From assembly GCA_049322615.1 (NCBI GenBank), contig JBMORX010000005.1:395-64394 (forward strand): a stretch of DNA of 64,000 bases, in the 5' to 3' direction. Shown piece after piece: positions 54,669 to 64,000 of the stretch. The DNA comes from Patescibacteria group bacterium. Its GTDB lineage: Bacteria; Patescibacteriota; Microgenomatia; CAYGWK01. A program made the translations under genes and the position numbers. Each line of letters opens with the position of its first letter. The first letter of the stretch is position 1. The notes under the pieces are model-generated. The model had not been told where the DNA came from, ran no database searches, and was given only the letters and a program-made list of their open reading frames with translations.

Positions 54669-57600
54669 ATGACTGCCCAAGAAAAATTAAAAATTCTTCA
54701 AAAAGTTTTAAAAGAAGGCGCTTCGGTTTCTTCTGTCTGTCGAAAATTTAAAATTTCCCGAAAAACCTTTTATGCTTGGAAGAAAAGATATTTGGCAGTC
54801 GGACCGAGGGGAAAGATCACTTGCCTTGAAAAACGCCATTTAAGAGGCTTACAGCACCCCCGAGGCTTAAGACTTCGCTTTAAAAAAGACATTTTGAGAC
54901 TGGTAACCCTTCATCCGGAGTGGGGAAGCCATACCCTAAATAAAAAATTAAAAATAAAAAATAAAATATTGGGTAACCATGGTGTTTATTCCTTATTAAA
55001 AGAGCTGGGTCTTGAGACATATCTAAAAAGAAAAGAGTTTGCCGGCGATTATCGCAGCCCATTAAGGCTTTTGCCCGAAGCGAGAAAGCGGATGGTTGAA
55101 AGGGTGATTCTGGCTCAAGAAAAAGTAGGAGAGGTAGCTGGCGAATTCGTGGTCAGCCGGAAGACACTTTGGAAATGGGCAAAAAGATATAAAGAAGGAC
55201 AAGAAATGCAAGATCAAAATCCGACCGGCTCAAGCCATCCTCGGGGAACACCGGAGTGGCTGGAGAAGAAAATCCTGGAGGCTATCGTCAGAAATCCAGA
55301 GTATTCAACTCACAAGTTGGCGCAAATTATTCCAAAAATCGGTAATCATGGGATACAGAATGTATTATTGCGAAATGGTTTGAATACTTTTGATAGGAGA
55401 CTGGTTTATGCCCGAACCCATGCTCCTGTTTCTCTGGTTCAACCAATTACCGGTTGGCTCAACCGTCTCAAATCTGTCTGGCAAACTTTTGTTCCCACCA
55501 TTGCTCCAGCCCCCCCGCCAAAAATCTTTCAGATATTTAGGCGGGCAAGCCCTCCCTTCTTGCTTTCTTTCCTTACAAGTTCAATTCTTTCTTTTCTTTT
55601 TCTCCTCTGGCTTTCAATGATTTCTTCCTATCCCGCTTTCTTACGTCCTGGTCTTTTCTTTGCCTCGATTTCTTTATTAGTTGGTTCTTTTTTCTTCTTA
55701 TACTCAATGAAATATTACTTTACTTTGGCGCTTGTTTTGTCGTTCTCGACGCAAACAAGCGAGGTGGGGCCCGCCTCCGTTGACACTTCGGCGAGGCAAG
55801 GCTGGTTGGCGAGGATATTTGGAATCGGTAATGGTGCCTTAAGAGGTCTGACCTCTTTAAAGTCTTCGACCGAGGTCAGACCTCCCCTAGGAGGTGGTTT
55901 GCAACCAAACCTGGAGCATATTAAATTAGAAAGATATCCTTTTATCTCTGTCCACCTACCTTTTTATAATGAGAAGAAAGTGGCGGAGAGAATTTTGTCT
56001 GCCTGTACCTCTTTTGATTATCCCCATTACGAGGTGATTGTTTGCGATGATTCGACCGATGAGACAGTCGAAATCATTAACGAATGGAAAGACCATCCCC
56101 GCGTTAAGATTCTTCACCGACCGACAAGAGAAGGATTTAAAGGTGGGGCCCTTCGGGAAGCCTTAAAACACCTGGATCCGAAAACGGAGTTTGTCATCAT
56201 CTTTGATGCGGATTTTATTCCCTATCCTGATACCTTAGAAATGTTTGTCAAATACTTTAAGGCGACAGGAGGATGGAATGAGCAACAGAGCTATCAAGCT
56301 ACCAGGCTATCAAGTATGCCTTACGATACCTTTTCCAAAGTAGAGATTAGCACTTCGACAAGCTCAGTGCTAGAAAAACAGGTTGAAGAACTAAGGAAAA
56401 AGAATAACATTGCCTGTGTGGCGGGTTATCAATGGCATGTTTTAAATAAATCAGAAAACTGGATAACCAGGGGAGTGAGAACTGAATACGCGGGAAGCTA
56501 TGTGATTGAAAGACCAGGGCAAGAGATTCTTGGAGCCTTAAAGATTATCCATGGGTCTGTTTACTGTATCAGAGCCGATGTTTTGAAGCATTTTGGTTGG
56601 GGAACAAGTATTACTGAAGATTTTGAGTTAACCTTAAGAATCTACGAGAAAGGGTTTAAAGTAGTTTACACTCCCTATGTCCAGGCACCTTCAGAGTGTG
56701 TCTCGACCATTAAAAGATTAATTAGACAGAGAATGAGGTGGGCAGAGGGACACTCCTTTAATGTCCGAAAGATGTTTTTAAGACTTTTGTTTGGGAAGTG
56801 GGAGACGGTGAAGACAGAAGACAGAGGACGGACGACGGATACAGAGGACAGAGAACAGAAAACAGAGCATCAGCCTTCAGTCATCGGTTTTCAAAATCCG
56901 TCTTCCGCTTTCAGTCTTCCGTCTTCCAGGCGGTGGGTTCCTTCAAAACTCACCTTCGCCGAGAAACTGGAATTTCTCTACCTCAGCCCTTATTATCTTC
57001 AAGCTTTTTTCTTTTTAATCGGGACCTTCTCTTGGCTAATCAGTGAGACTGTTTTTCCTGCCAGACTCCCTTTCTGGACTTCTCTCTGGGGCTGGTCTTT
57101 GGTCTTAACCAACTTCTTTGCCCTACCTTTAGTCAATGCCGTGGGATTATTTTTAGAGGAGAGTGAGGAAAGAGATTACTTAGGGATTTTATCATTTGTG
57201 GCTTTGTCTTATTTGTTAGTTCCCTTCCAAGCCTATGCTGCAGTTAAAGGCTTTTTAGAGTCCCAAGAAGGCCCCTGGTTTAGAACCCCAAAAACAGGCA
57301 AGATTACCGATATTTTTACAAGAGGCAGATTCTATCGCTGGATTACCGGTATTTTACCAGGTCGGGCAAAGCCCTCCCTAGCGCCGATTGCCGCTGATAT
57401 CAGCGCTGATCAGCGCGGATTTTTCAATCAGCCATTATCAGCGTATGTCGCCTTAGCGACAGCCAATAATCACTTTAATCGCTTTCATATCAAGCCTAAG
57501 AAAATGAGATGGTTGGCAAAAACTTTTCTTGCTGTTCTCTTAATCCTAAGCCTTAATCTTTCCTGGCTGTCTTTCAAAGTTCCTTTGGCTCACGCCTCGC

Positions 57601-59396
57601 CCGGAACCCAGATTAAAACAATTGAGATGCCGATTTATCAATATGCGGCTAACGCCGATGATACGGATATCGCTGCTTCAAATGGAATCGATAATACTGC
57701 CTATACCAATAACGGTCCCCAATTTTCCTTAAACATTCCCGAGACAATGGTTGACTGTCGAACTGATTTAACTGGCACCAATCCTTGTTATGCCTATGTT
57801 GAGTGGCGAACGATTCTTAGCGTGGCAAATGTGACTTCTGGGGAAATGAAGTTTCGTATAGGTACAAGTGCTTTTAAAACTTTATCCTTAACTACCTTAA
57901 ATACCAACTCTGGCGAAAGCCAGTCTCTTATTATTCGTATGGATGTCACCAGTGAAGTGGCTCAAGGAAATAATACTTATAACTTTAATGCTAATGTGGA
58001 TGTGGCTAGAAATACCGATTCAGCCAAATTAATCGTGACTTATGAATATGATGATTCTGCCACAACCCAGGTAAAAACGGTCAGGTATGCCTTGCCGACT
58101 AAAGAAAGCCAATCAGCCGCAAACACAAATGATACATTAACTAGCACCCTAAACCCTAATCTCCAAGAAGCTAACATTTCCATCCAAAAAGCCTGGATTG
58201 AATTAACAGGTCAGGTTTCGGCGGGGACCGCGGACACGGGGACTAGAGCCATTATACAAGATAGCAATGTGTATCCAGTGGGTAGTGGTGCAACGAACTT
58301 AACGATGATGGATGGAGACAATAAAACCACTATGGATTTTGTGGCCATGTATGAACCTTCTAATGTAGTAGCTTCCGGAGCCGGTCCTATGGAATTGAAT
58401 TATAATGCAGCGAATACAATTGCTATGCGAAACGCTGGTCAGGTCATGAATCTAAAAGGTGGAGAACTTTTGATTACCTATAATTACAGCTATTACAATA
58501 CTTCCAGTACCACCCACCGCAACGCTGTCCGCTATTATGTGGGGCAGTTAGACGGAGCCCTACCCACATCTTATACTCAAATAGGGGCGCCGGTGGTTTA
58601 TCTACCGGAAAGCTCGCTGGCAAACTATAATGTTTATCTTAAGGTAGTGGGGACGAATGTTGACAATACTGGTACTAGGTATAGAGTGACCATTACTGGT
58701 GGTTCGGCAGTAGAATATCCCTCTGCCACAACTTATTATGCGGCGGCGATTTCCGAGCAGGCAGGTAGAGAAGTTATTTTTATTGATATTTCAAGCAATT
58801 TTTCCAGCAATTGGAGTAGCGGCGATACAGTGACGGTTGAGGCAATAGCAGAGGCGGCGTCTGATCATTATGCCATTGGAGCGGAACTTGTTATTTCCTA
58901 TAATTTTACTATCCCGGTGGGTAGTGGCACTTTTACCAATATTAAGACGGTTAATTGGTTTATTGGACAACAAACAGCCAAAGCAGCAGATAATTGGTCG
59001 CCCACTTTTAACACCTATATCCCCGAAACCTCAACCACTGTACGATCTTCGGGAGGGGAGGGAAATTACGTTATCTCTGATACAGGAAACTGGTACAAAG
59101 GTCTTCAGGTAGCCAGTGTTGGCAATGATTCAAGTTATACCACTACAGGCGAGAATGTTACGCTTTCAAACTTTTCTAGTACAGGCTTAACCGGTTCCTC
59201 GCAAACTAGCGTCTCTGCGATTATAAGGGTTTCCGATGGTAGTTCAGCATGGAAGGATTCCCTGAAAGGGGGTATCACTTTTACCACCTATGAGGTTTCT
59301 GCGCCCCAGGCGCCGGAAAAAGCGTTAATGCTTTTATTTGTTGCACCATTTTTACCTAAAATAGTAGAATGGTGGAGAAGGAAATATTTGCAATGA
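54669..59396 (+). CDS. Fusion: tandem IS481-like HTH modules, processive GT2, secreted beta-rich domain, PE-TM-basic sorting signal
   Basis: SRKTFYAWKKRY and SRKTLWKWAKRY; DDS, DADF, TED, QRMRW; internal AHA signal-like site; APEKALMLLFVAPFLPKIVEWWRRK. Confidence 0.85.
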   Translation: MTAQEKLKILQKVLKEGASVSSVCRKFKISRKTFYAWKKRYLAVGPRGKITCLEKRHLRGLQHPRGLRLRFKKDILRLVTLHPEWGSHTLNKKLKIKNKILGNHGVYSLLKELGLETYLKRKEFAGDYRSPLRLLPEARKRMVERVILAQEKVGEVAGEFVVSRKTLWKWAKRYKEGQEMQDQNPTGSSHPRGTPEWLEKKILEAIVRNPEYSTHKLAQIIPKIGNHGIQNVLLRNGLNTFDRRLVYARTHAPVSLVQPITGWLNRLKSVWQTFVPTIAPAPPPKIFQIFRRASPPFLLSFLTSSILSFLFLLWLSMISSYPAFLRPGLFFASISLLVGSFFFLYSMKYYFTLALVLSFSTQTSEVGPASVDTSARQGWLARIFGIGNGALRGLTSLKSSTEVRPPLGGGLQPNLEHIKLERYPFISVHLPFYNEKKVAERILSACTSFDYPHYEVIVCDDSTDETVEIINEWKDHPRVKILHRPTREGFKGGALREALKHLDPKTEFVIIFDADFIPYPDTLEMFVKYFKATGGWNEQQSYQATRLSSMPYDTFSKVEISTSTSSVLEKQVEELRKKNNIACVAGYQWHVLNKSENWITRGVRTEYAGSYVIERPGQEILGALKIIHGSVYCIRADVLKHFGWGTSITEDFELTLRIYEKGFKVVYTPYVQAPSECVSTIKRLIRQRMRWAEGHSFNVRKMFLRLLFGKWETVKTEDRGRTTDTEDREQKTEHQPSVIGFQNPSSAFSLPSSRRWVPSKLTFAEKLEFLYLSPYYLQAFFFLIGTFSWLISETVFPARLPFWTSLWGWSLVLTNFFALPLVNAVGLFLEESEERDYLGILSFVALSYLLVPFQAYAAVKGFLESQEGPWFRTPKTGKITDIFTRGRFYRWITGILPGRAKPSLAPIAADISADQRGFFNQPLSAYVALATANNHFNRFHIKPKKMRWLAKTFLAVLLILSLNLSWLSFKVPLAHASPGTQIKTIEMPIYQYAANADDTDIAASNGIDNTAYTNNGPQFSLNIPETMVDCRTDLTGTNPCYAYVEWRTILSVANVTSGEMKFRIGTSAFKTLSLTTLNTNSGESQSLIIRMDVTSEVAQGNNTYNFNANVDVARNTDSAKLIVTYEYDDSATTQVKTVRYALPTKESQSAANTNDTLTSTLNPNLQEANISIQKAWIELTGQVSAGTADTGTRAIIQDSNVYPVGSGATNLTMMDGDNKTTMDFVAMYEPSNVVASGAGPMELNYNAANTIAMRNAGQVMNLKGGELLITYNYSYYNTSSTTHRNAVRYYVGQLDGALPTSYTQIGAPVVYLPESSLANYNVYLKVVGTNVDNTGTRYRVTITGGSAVEYPSATTYYAAAISEQAGREVIFIDISSNFSSNWSSGDTVTVEAIAEAASDHYAIGAELVISYNFTIPVGSGTFTNIKTVNWFIGQQTAKAADNWSPTFNTYIPETSTTVRSSGGEGNYVISDTGNWYKGLQVASVGNDSSYTTTGENVTLSNFSSTGLTGSSQTSVSAIIRVSDGSSAWKDSLKGGITFTTYEVSAPQAPEKALMLLFVAPFLPKIVEWWRRKYLQ

Positions 59397-61954
59397 AAGA
59401 TTTAAGGCGACTTTTGTTTTTTCTTTTTTTTCTTTCTGGTTTCTCTGCTTTGGTTTATGAGGTAGTTTGGGCAAGAAAGCTTTCTTTAGTTTTTGGAACA
59501 ACAGTTTTTGCTGTGAGTTCGATTCTGGCGGTGTTTTTTGCGGGATTAGCGATTGGAAGCTGGGTTTTTGGTCACTTCGTGGATCATCCGAATAGAATGC
59601 GAATGAAAATAATCCGAATAAACGCGAATACGCCACTATTACTTTATGGTTTGTTAGAATTGGGGATCGGGTTGTATGCGGCGGGGACGCCGTGGATTTT
59701 TAAGCTGGTTGAGAACCTGCAGGTTTCTTTTTGGCAGAAATTTACACCCAATTTTTACGGGTTTAGCCTTTTTACCTTTTTTCTTTCCTTTCTGGGCTTG
59801 ATTATTCCGACTACTTTAATGGGTGGAACTTTACCTGTTTTATCTAAATTCTTGGTTAGAGAAGAGGAAGAGATTGGGAGTGGAGTAGGGGTTTTGTATT
59901 TTGTCAATACTTTAGGGGCGACAATGGGAGCACTTCTTGCAGGATTTTGGTTGATTGCTACCCTTGGGGTTAGTCAAACAATCTGGACAGCAACAGTAAT
60001 TAACATCCTCATTGGAATAACAGTGCTTTGGTTAACGCGAATAAATGCTGATATTAAGCTGACGCATGTTGATGTCAGCGCCGATAAGCGCCAATCAGAA
60101 TCGGTTCCAATCAGCACCAATCAGCGAATATTGTTAGCCGCTTTTGCCCTCATGGGCTTCAGTGCCCTGGCTCTGGAAGTGCTTTGGACTCGTGTCTTAA
60201 TTTTATTTTTTGGCGGTTCGGTTTATGCTTTTACGACTGTTTTAGTGACTTTTTTGCTAGGGATAGCGCTGGGGAGCGCGATGGTAAGTAAGTTATTAAG
60301 CTACTACGCTATCAAGAATCTTTTGCTGTGGTTTGGGGCTGGAGCAGTAATTCTGGGAATTTCAGTGATTGTGAGCACCCCCTTTTTTCAAGAAATGCCC
60401 TTTTGGCTTTTAGGGATTCTTAAGGAGGCTCGTGGTTCTTTTGGAACAGTCACCGTTTGGGAATTTATTCTTTCTTTTTTAATTATGTTTGTTCCCACTT
60501 TTTTGATGGGGGTACTATTTCCTCTAGGAGTAAAGATTTATACCCAGGAGTTGGCTGGTCTAGGCCAATCGGTGGGTAGACTTTATGGCGTTAACACCTT
60601 CGGAGGAATTCTCGGTTCTTTGGCAGCCGGATTTTTACTTGTTCCCCTAATTGGTGTTCAAAAAGGAATTTGGCTGGCGGCAATACTTTATTTTTTAGTG
60701 GGCGGGGCAATTTTAATAAAGGCTGGAATCAATAAAACAGTCAAATTATTGACATATTCCTTTATATTTTTAATTATTTCGATAGGGTATTTCTTGCCAT
60801 CTTGGAACAAACATTTTTTGGTTTCTGGACCTTTTGCTAATTGGCGATTTTTTGTTTGGGACAGTCGGGAACAGGCAGAAAAAAGAATGCAAGCCTCGGA
60901 GCTTCTTTATTATAAAGAGGGGTTGGAAGCGGTGGTGGCGGTGAAAAAGAGCGGGGAGCAGATTTTTTTGCGGATTAACGGTAAAACCGATGCAGCCACA
61001 GGCTTGGACATGGATACCCAGATTCTCTCGGGACAGTTGCCAATGCTTTTACACCCAAACCCCCAGGATGTTTTAGTGATTGGTTTGGGTTCAGGGATTA
61101 CTTTGGGATCGGTGGAAACCTATCTTCTTAAAATCGTTGAGGCAGTAGAAATTGAACCGGCGGTGGTCGAGGCGGCAAAGTATTTTTCCGAGGCAAACTG
61201 GAATGCCTTGGAGGATAAAAGATTAAAAATGATTGTCGGAGACGGCCGGCATTATCTTTTGGGGACTTCAAAGAAATACGATATCATTACTTCCGAGCCT
61301 TCAAATCCTTATCTTGCCGGGCCCTCCAAACTCTTTACCAAAGAGTATTTTAATCTGGTTAAAAGTCGTTTAAAGGAAGAGGGACTTGTGGCTCAGTGGA
61401 TTCAATTGTATACCTTAGATACCCAAGATCTGAAAATGGTCATTAAAACTTTTCAAAGCGTTTTTCCTTATGTGACTGTTTGGGATAACCTTTCTTCGTA
61501 TGATCTTCTACTGATAGGAAGCGAGGAACCTCAAGAACTTGACCTTTCTTTGCTGGGGAAAAAATTTAGGGAAGAAAAGATAAAAAAGGATTTAGCGAGA
61601 ATTTTTATTGAAAATCCCGAGCAGTTTTTAAGTTATTTAGCCTTAGACAGTCGGGGAGTGGAAGATTTTACCCAAGGAGCAAAGGAAAATACAGATAACC
61701 ACCCGATTTTGGAATTTTCCGCCCCCAAAACCCTTTATCAGGCAACGACAAGCAAAAACATAGAGAGCTTTAAGGATTTAAGACCCAAATTGGGTGGTAA
61801 ATACGCTGAATTTCGCCAGCATGTAGTTTTGGCAAAGATGTATTTTACTCGGGGAGAAAATGAGAAAGCGGTGGCAGAATATAAAGAAGCCCTAAGGATT
61901 GATCCGGAGAACGGTTGGGTAAAACTAACCCTTGAGGGGTTAAAAGGAAGATGA
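59393..61954 (+). CDS. Membrane-fused spermidine-synthase-like protein with C-terminal TPR
   Basis: SG..AL.YEVVW repeats, VLVIGLGSG, VEIEP, GDGR, YDIITSEP. Confidence 0.9.
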   Translation: MKDLRRLLFFLFFLSGFSALVYEVVWARKLSLVFGTTVFAVSSILAVFFAGLAIGSWVFGHFVDHPNRMRMKIIRINANTPLLLYGLLELGIGLYAAGTPWIFKLVENLQVSFWQKFTPNFYGFSLFTFFLSFLGLIIPTTLMGGTLPVLSKFLVREEEEIGSGVGVLYFVNTLGATMGALLAGFWLIATLGVSQTIWTATVINILIGITVLWLTRINADIKLTHVDVSADKRQSESVPISTNQRILLAAFALMGFSALALEVLWTRVLILFFGGSVYAFTTVLVTFLLGIALGSAMVSKLLSYYAIKNLLLWFGAGAVILGISVIVSTPFFQEMPFWLLGILKEARGSFGTVTVWEFILSFLIMFVPTFLMGVLFPLGVKIYTQELAGLGQSVGRLYGVNTFGGILGSLAAGFLLVPLIGVQKGIWLAAILYFLVGGAILIKAGINKTVKLLTYSFIFLIISIGYFLPSWNKHFLVSGPFANWRFFVWDSREQAEKRMQASELLYYKEGLEAVVAVKKSGEQIFLRINGKTDAATGLDMDTQILSGQLPMLLHPNPQDVLVIGLGSGITLGSVETYLLKIVEAVEIEPAVVEAAKYFSEANWNALEDKRLKMIVGDGRHYLLGTSKKYDIITSEPSNPYLAGPSKLFTKEYFNLVKSRLKEEGLVAQWIQLYTLDTQDLKMVIKTFQSVFPYVTVWDNLSSYDLLLIGSEEPQELDLSLLGKKFREEKIKKDLARIFIENPEQFLSYLALDSRGVEDFTQGAKENTDNHPILEFSAPKTLYQATTSKNIESFKDLRPKLGGKYAEFRQHVVLAKMYFTRGENEKAVAEYKEALRIDPENGWVKLTLEGLKGR

Positions 61955-62520
61955 GAGGTCCAAAAGCCACTTTTTCTACGATTTTCCTTATTTTGGTCAT
62001 CACCTTGATGATCCTGCCTTTTTTGACTACCTTTAATGAGTTTTTGACTGCCTTGATTTACAAAATTGGTTGGTATCGGGTGATACAAGATTTTCTTCTT
62101 CCTTTTGAAACACGGATGATTGTCGTGGTCGTGGAAATTTTAGGGCAGAAAGCAGTTGCGGGGATCTCCACGGTTAGTGTTTTGCGCGATGATGTCTGGC
62201 AAAAAATTGCTATTTCCTGGAACTGTATTGGTTGGCAATCGGCTTTAGTTTTATTCGTAACTCTCTTAACTGGTCTTCAAGGACCATATACTAAAGTCTC
62301 TAAGTTGGAGTGTCTGGCGATAGGGATTTTAGGGACGTTTCTGATTAATATTTTAAGAATCAGCTTGGTGGCGATTTTGATTGTTTATATCAATGCCATT
62401 CCCGCCACCGTTGCTCATGATTATTTTTCTGCCTTCATCTTAATTCTTTGGCTTTTTTTCTATTGGTGGTTCTCGTATAGTTTTGTATTAGAAGAGAAGA
62501 TAATAAGAGAAGACGGATGA
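61951..62520 (+). CDS. Exosortase/archaeosortase family protein
   Basis: Cys (WNCIG), Arg (NILRI) and His (AHD) in a multi-TM protein. Confidence 0.85.
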   Translation: MRGPKATFSTIFLILVITLMILPFLTTFNEFLTALIYKIGWYRVIQDFLLPFETRMIVVVVEILGQKAVAGISTVSVLRDDVWQKIAISWNCIGWQSALVLFVTLLTGLQGPYTKVSKLECLAIGILGTFLINILRISLVAILIVYINAIPATVAHDYFSAFILILWLFFYWWFSYSFVLEEKIIREDG

Positions 62521-62610
62521 CTGAGGACTGAAGACCGATGTTGAGGACGGAAGAGGGAAAGCAGATACCGGAGAAAGTTATTTTCTTAATTCCGAACTTT
62601 AACTCTTAGA

Positions 62611-62846
62611 CTATTTTTTAAGCTTCTTGACAAAGTCGGCGGTTGAGATTTCCAGATCCCGAAGAATTCCTTTAAAGGTTCCCTTTTTGATTTTGTTCTG
62701 CCAGCGTGAATGGGAATGACCACTCTTCTTTTAGTTTCTGGATTTCTTAAAACTAGATGGCTGCCCTTCTGGTGATCTTTGACAAAGCCGAGTTTTTGGG
62801 CAACCTTGATGATTTCTTTATGGGTGACAACAGGCAGTTTAGTCAT
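62611..62846 (-). pseudogene. HicA toxin with a frameshift in an A-run near 62691
   Basis: QKGSH..VVIPIH; the alternative frame continues IKKGTFKGILRDLEISTADFVKKLKK*. Confidence 0.7.
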
Positions 62847-63103
62847 GCCAGGGCAAGTCTGCCAGTTTTGGGAGAGGAAACACGGACAGTGGCAATCACT
62901 TGTTCGTCTACCTGTTCAACCGGGATTTCTTCTCCATGTTTGGCTAGGCTTTCCAGATAGGCCTCAATAGCCTCGGCAATATTTTTCTTTGCCTCATCCA
63001 AGGTCTCACCATAAGAATGACAACCTCGCAAAGTGGGACAATAAGCATGATAACCGCCGTCTTTTTCTGGCTCGAAGATAACACGAAAATTTTGAGTAAC
63101 CAT
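62843..63103 (-). CDS. HicB-family antitoxin
   Basis: GGY.AYCP.L.GC.SYGET.DEA..N..EAI. Confidence 0.9.
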   Translation of the reverse strand: MVTQNFRVIFEPEKDGGYHAYCPTLRGCHSYGETLDEAKKNIAEAIEAYLESLAKHGEEIPVEQVDEQVIATVRVSSPKTGRLALA

Positions 63104-63203
63104 AGATAAATTTATGATAGCAAAAAAGAAAATTTAAGTCAATGAGTCAATAAAAATCACTCTGCCAGATTTTCTATCTCTTGATTATTCAGGTTTCCAA
63201 TTT

Positions 63204-63312
63204 GCAGACACCGGAGAAAGTGATTTTCTTGATTCCGGTGGTGATATTTCTACCCAAGTTGGTCGAGTGGGTGAGAAGGAGATTCGCGAAAGAAGGAGTA
63301 ACTAGGAGTTGA
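63204..63312 (+). pseudogene. Orphan sorting-signal-coding fragment
   Basis: QTPEKVIFLIPVVIFLPKLVEWVRRRF, similar to the C-terminus of 54669-59396. Confidence 0.65.
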
Positions 63313-63712
63313 GGATTGTCTTGAAATCCCTCATGATGAGCTCAATTGCCTCAAGACATTCAAGTCTTCCCAAAACTGGAGGAAAATCGTCACGTTTTAA
63401 AAACCCCACCGGTATCTTTGTTGCCCAAGTGCCGATTTTTATCGACAAAGCCTTATACTGATAAACAGTTTCTGTGCCTCCGACACCAAAGGTGATCTCT
63501 GTCCGACAATCAGATGTCAAGTCAATTCCCAGTATTTGGGCATAGCGTTTTGGCAAAAGTGTATAGTCCGCCCCTGTGTCTACAAGCATTTCTACTGGTT
63601 GCCAGGCTTTCCTTGCTTTTGAGTAAAGCAAAAGATGAAGATAGGGACGAAAAATTTTTCCCAGAAAGGTCTTTCCCTTATAGGTGAAAGGTTCGAAAGT
63701 TATCTGGGGCAT
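63302..63712 (-). CDS. Retropepsin-like aspartyl protease
   Basis: LVDTGAD, VLGR. Confidence 0.82.
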   Translation of the reverse strand: MPQITFEPFTYKGKTFLGKIFRPYLHLLLYSKARKAWQPVEMLVDTGADYTLLPKRYAQILGIDLTSDCRTEITFGVGGTETVYQYKALSIKIGTWATKIPVGFLKRDDFPPVLGRLECLEAIELIMRDFKTILNS

Positions 63713-63942
63713 AAAATTAAGATGTAAGAGATATCAGGGCGGGGGATAAAAACGATTGTTGGTGTTTCTTTGTATTTTTTTTCTAAACGCTTGATATCAG
63801 CTAAGCCAGCTTTGCCTCTTTTCAGGGGAATAATTTCTCGCTTTACTACTAAAACATGTTTTCCGGCAAATTTTGCCGCTTGAGGATGACGTCCTGAAAG
63901 AAGGGCAGTCAAAATCTGGCGGGTTGTTTTTGCTTTCTTCAT
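63700..63942 (-). CDS. Small DUF5678-like partner protein
   Basis: FAGKHVLVV; overlaps the protease start. Confidence 0.55.
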   Translation of the reverse strand: MKKAKTTRQILTALLSGRHPQAAKFAGKHVLVVKREIIPLKRGKAGLADIKRLEKKYKETPTIVFIPRPDISYILILCPR

Positions 63943-64000
63943 ACCTTAAATGATAAGAAACTTTCCGTTTATTGTCAACTAGCTGTTCTGGTTACATACT

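Noticed and set aside
54669-55420. Intact IS481 element
   Set aside because: No DDE domain or terminal inverted repeats; the HTHs are in frame with the GT2

Overview
The window is a gene-dense, low-GC bacterial chromosome segment with no rRNA or CRISPR array. Gene content (DUF5667-like protein, VirD4/TraM-like ATPase, HTH-LAGLIDADG ORF next to tRNAs, tRNA-Ile(UAU), archaeal-type DNA ligase, near-leaderless promoters) suggests Patescibacteria/CPR of the Microgenomates type; this is inference. Core genes: nrdR-nrdD-nrdG, a Xer-like recombinase, ftsB, trpS, intein-containing ftsH, many DNA repair genes, pth, a copper/redox cluster and several TA pairs. The most unusual signals are: (1) four-helix-bundle and GxxExxY genes enclosed by inverted short-repeat arrays, with the same arrays also found empty and inserted in frame in about 20 proteins; (2) a covarying ~70-nt hairpin family lying between recoded 'false starts' and the real starts of genes; (3) a tRNA-Ile nested in the anticodon loop of another tRNA-Ile; (4) cassettes bounded by duplicated gene ends; (5) two ncRNA candidates; (6) a 1575-aa IS481-like HTH / GT2 synthase / secreted-domain polyprotein with a C-terminal sorting signal, coupled to an exosortase. 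All family assignments come from motif recognition by eye; no database searches were run.
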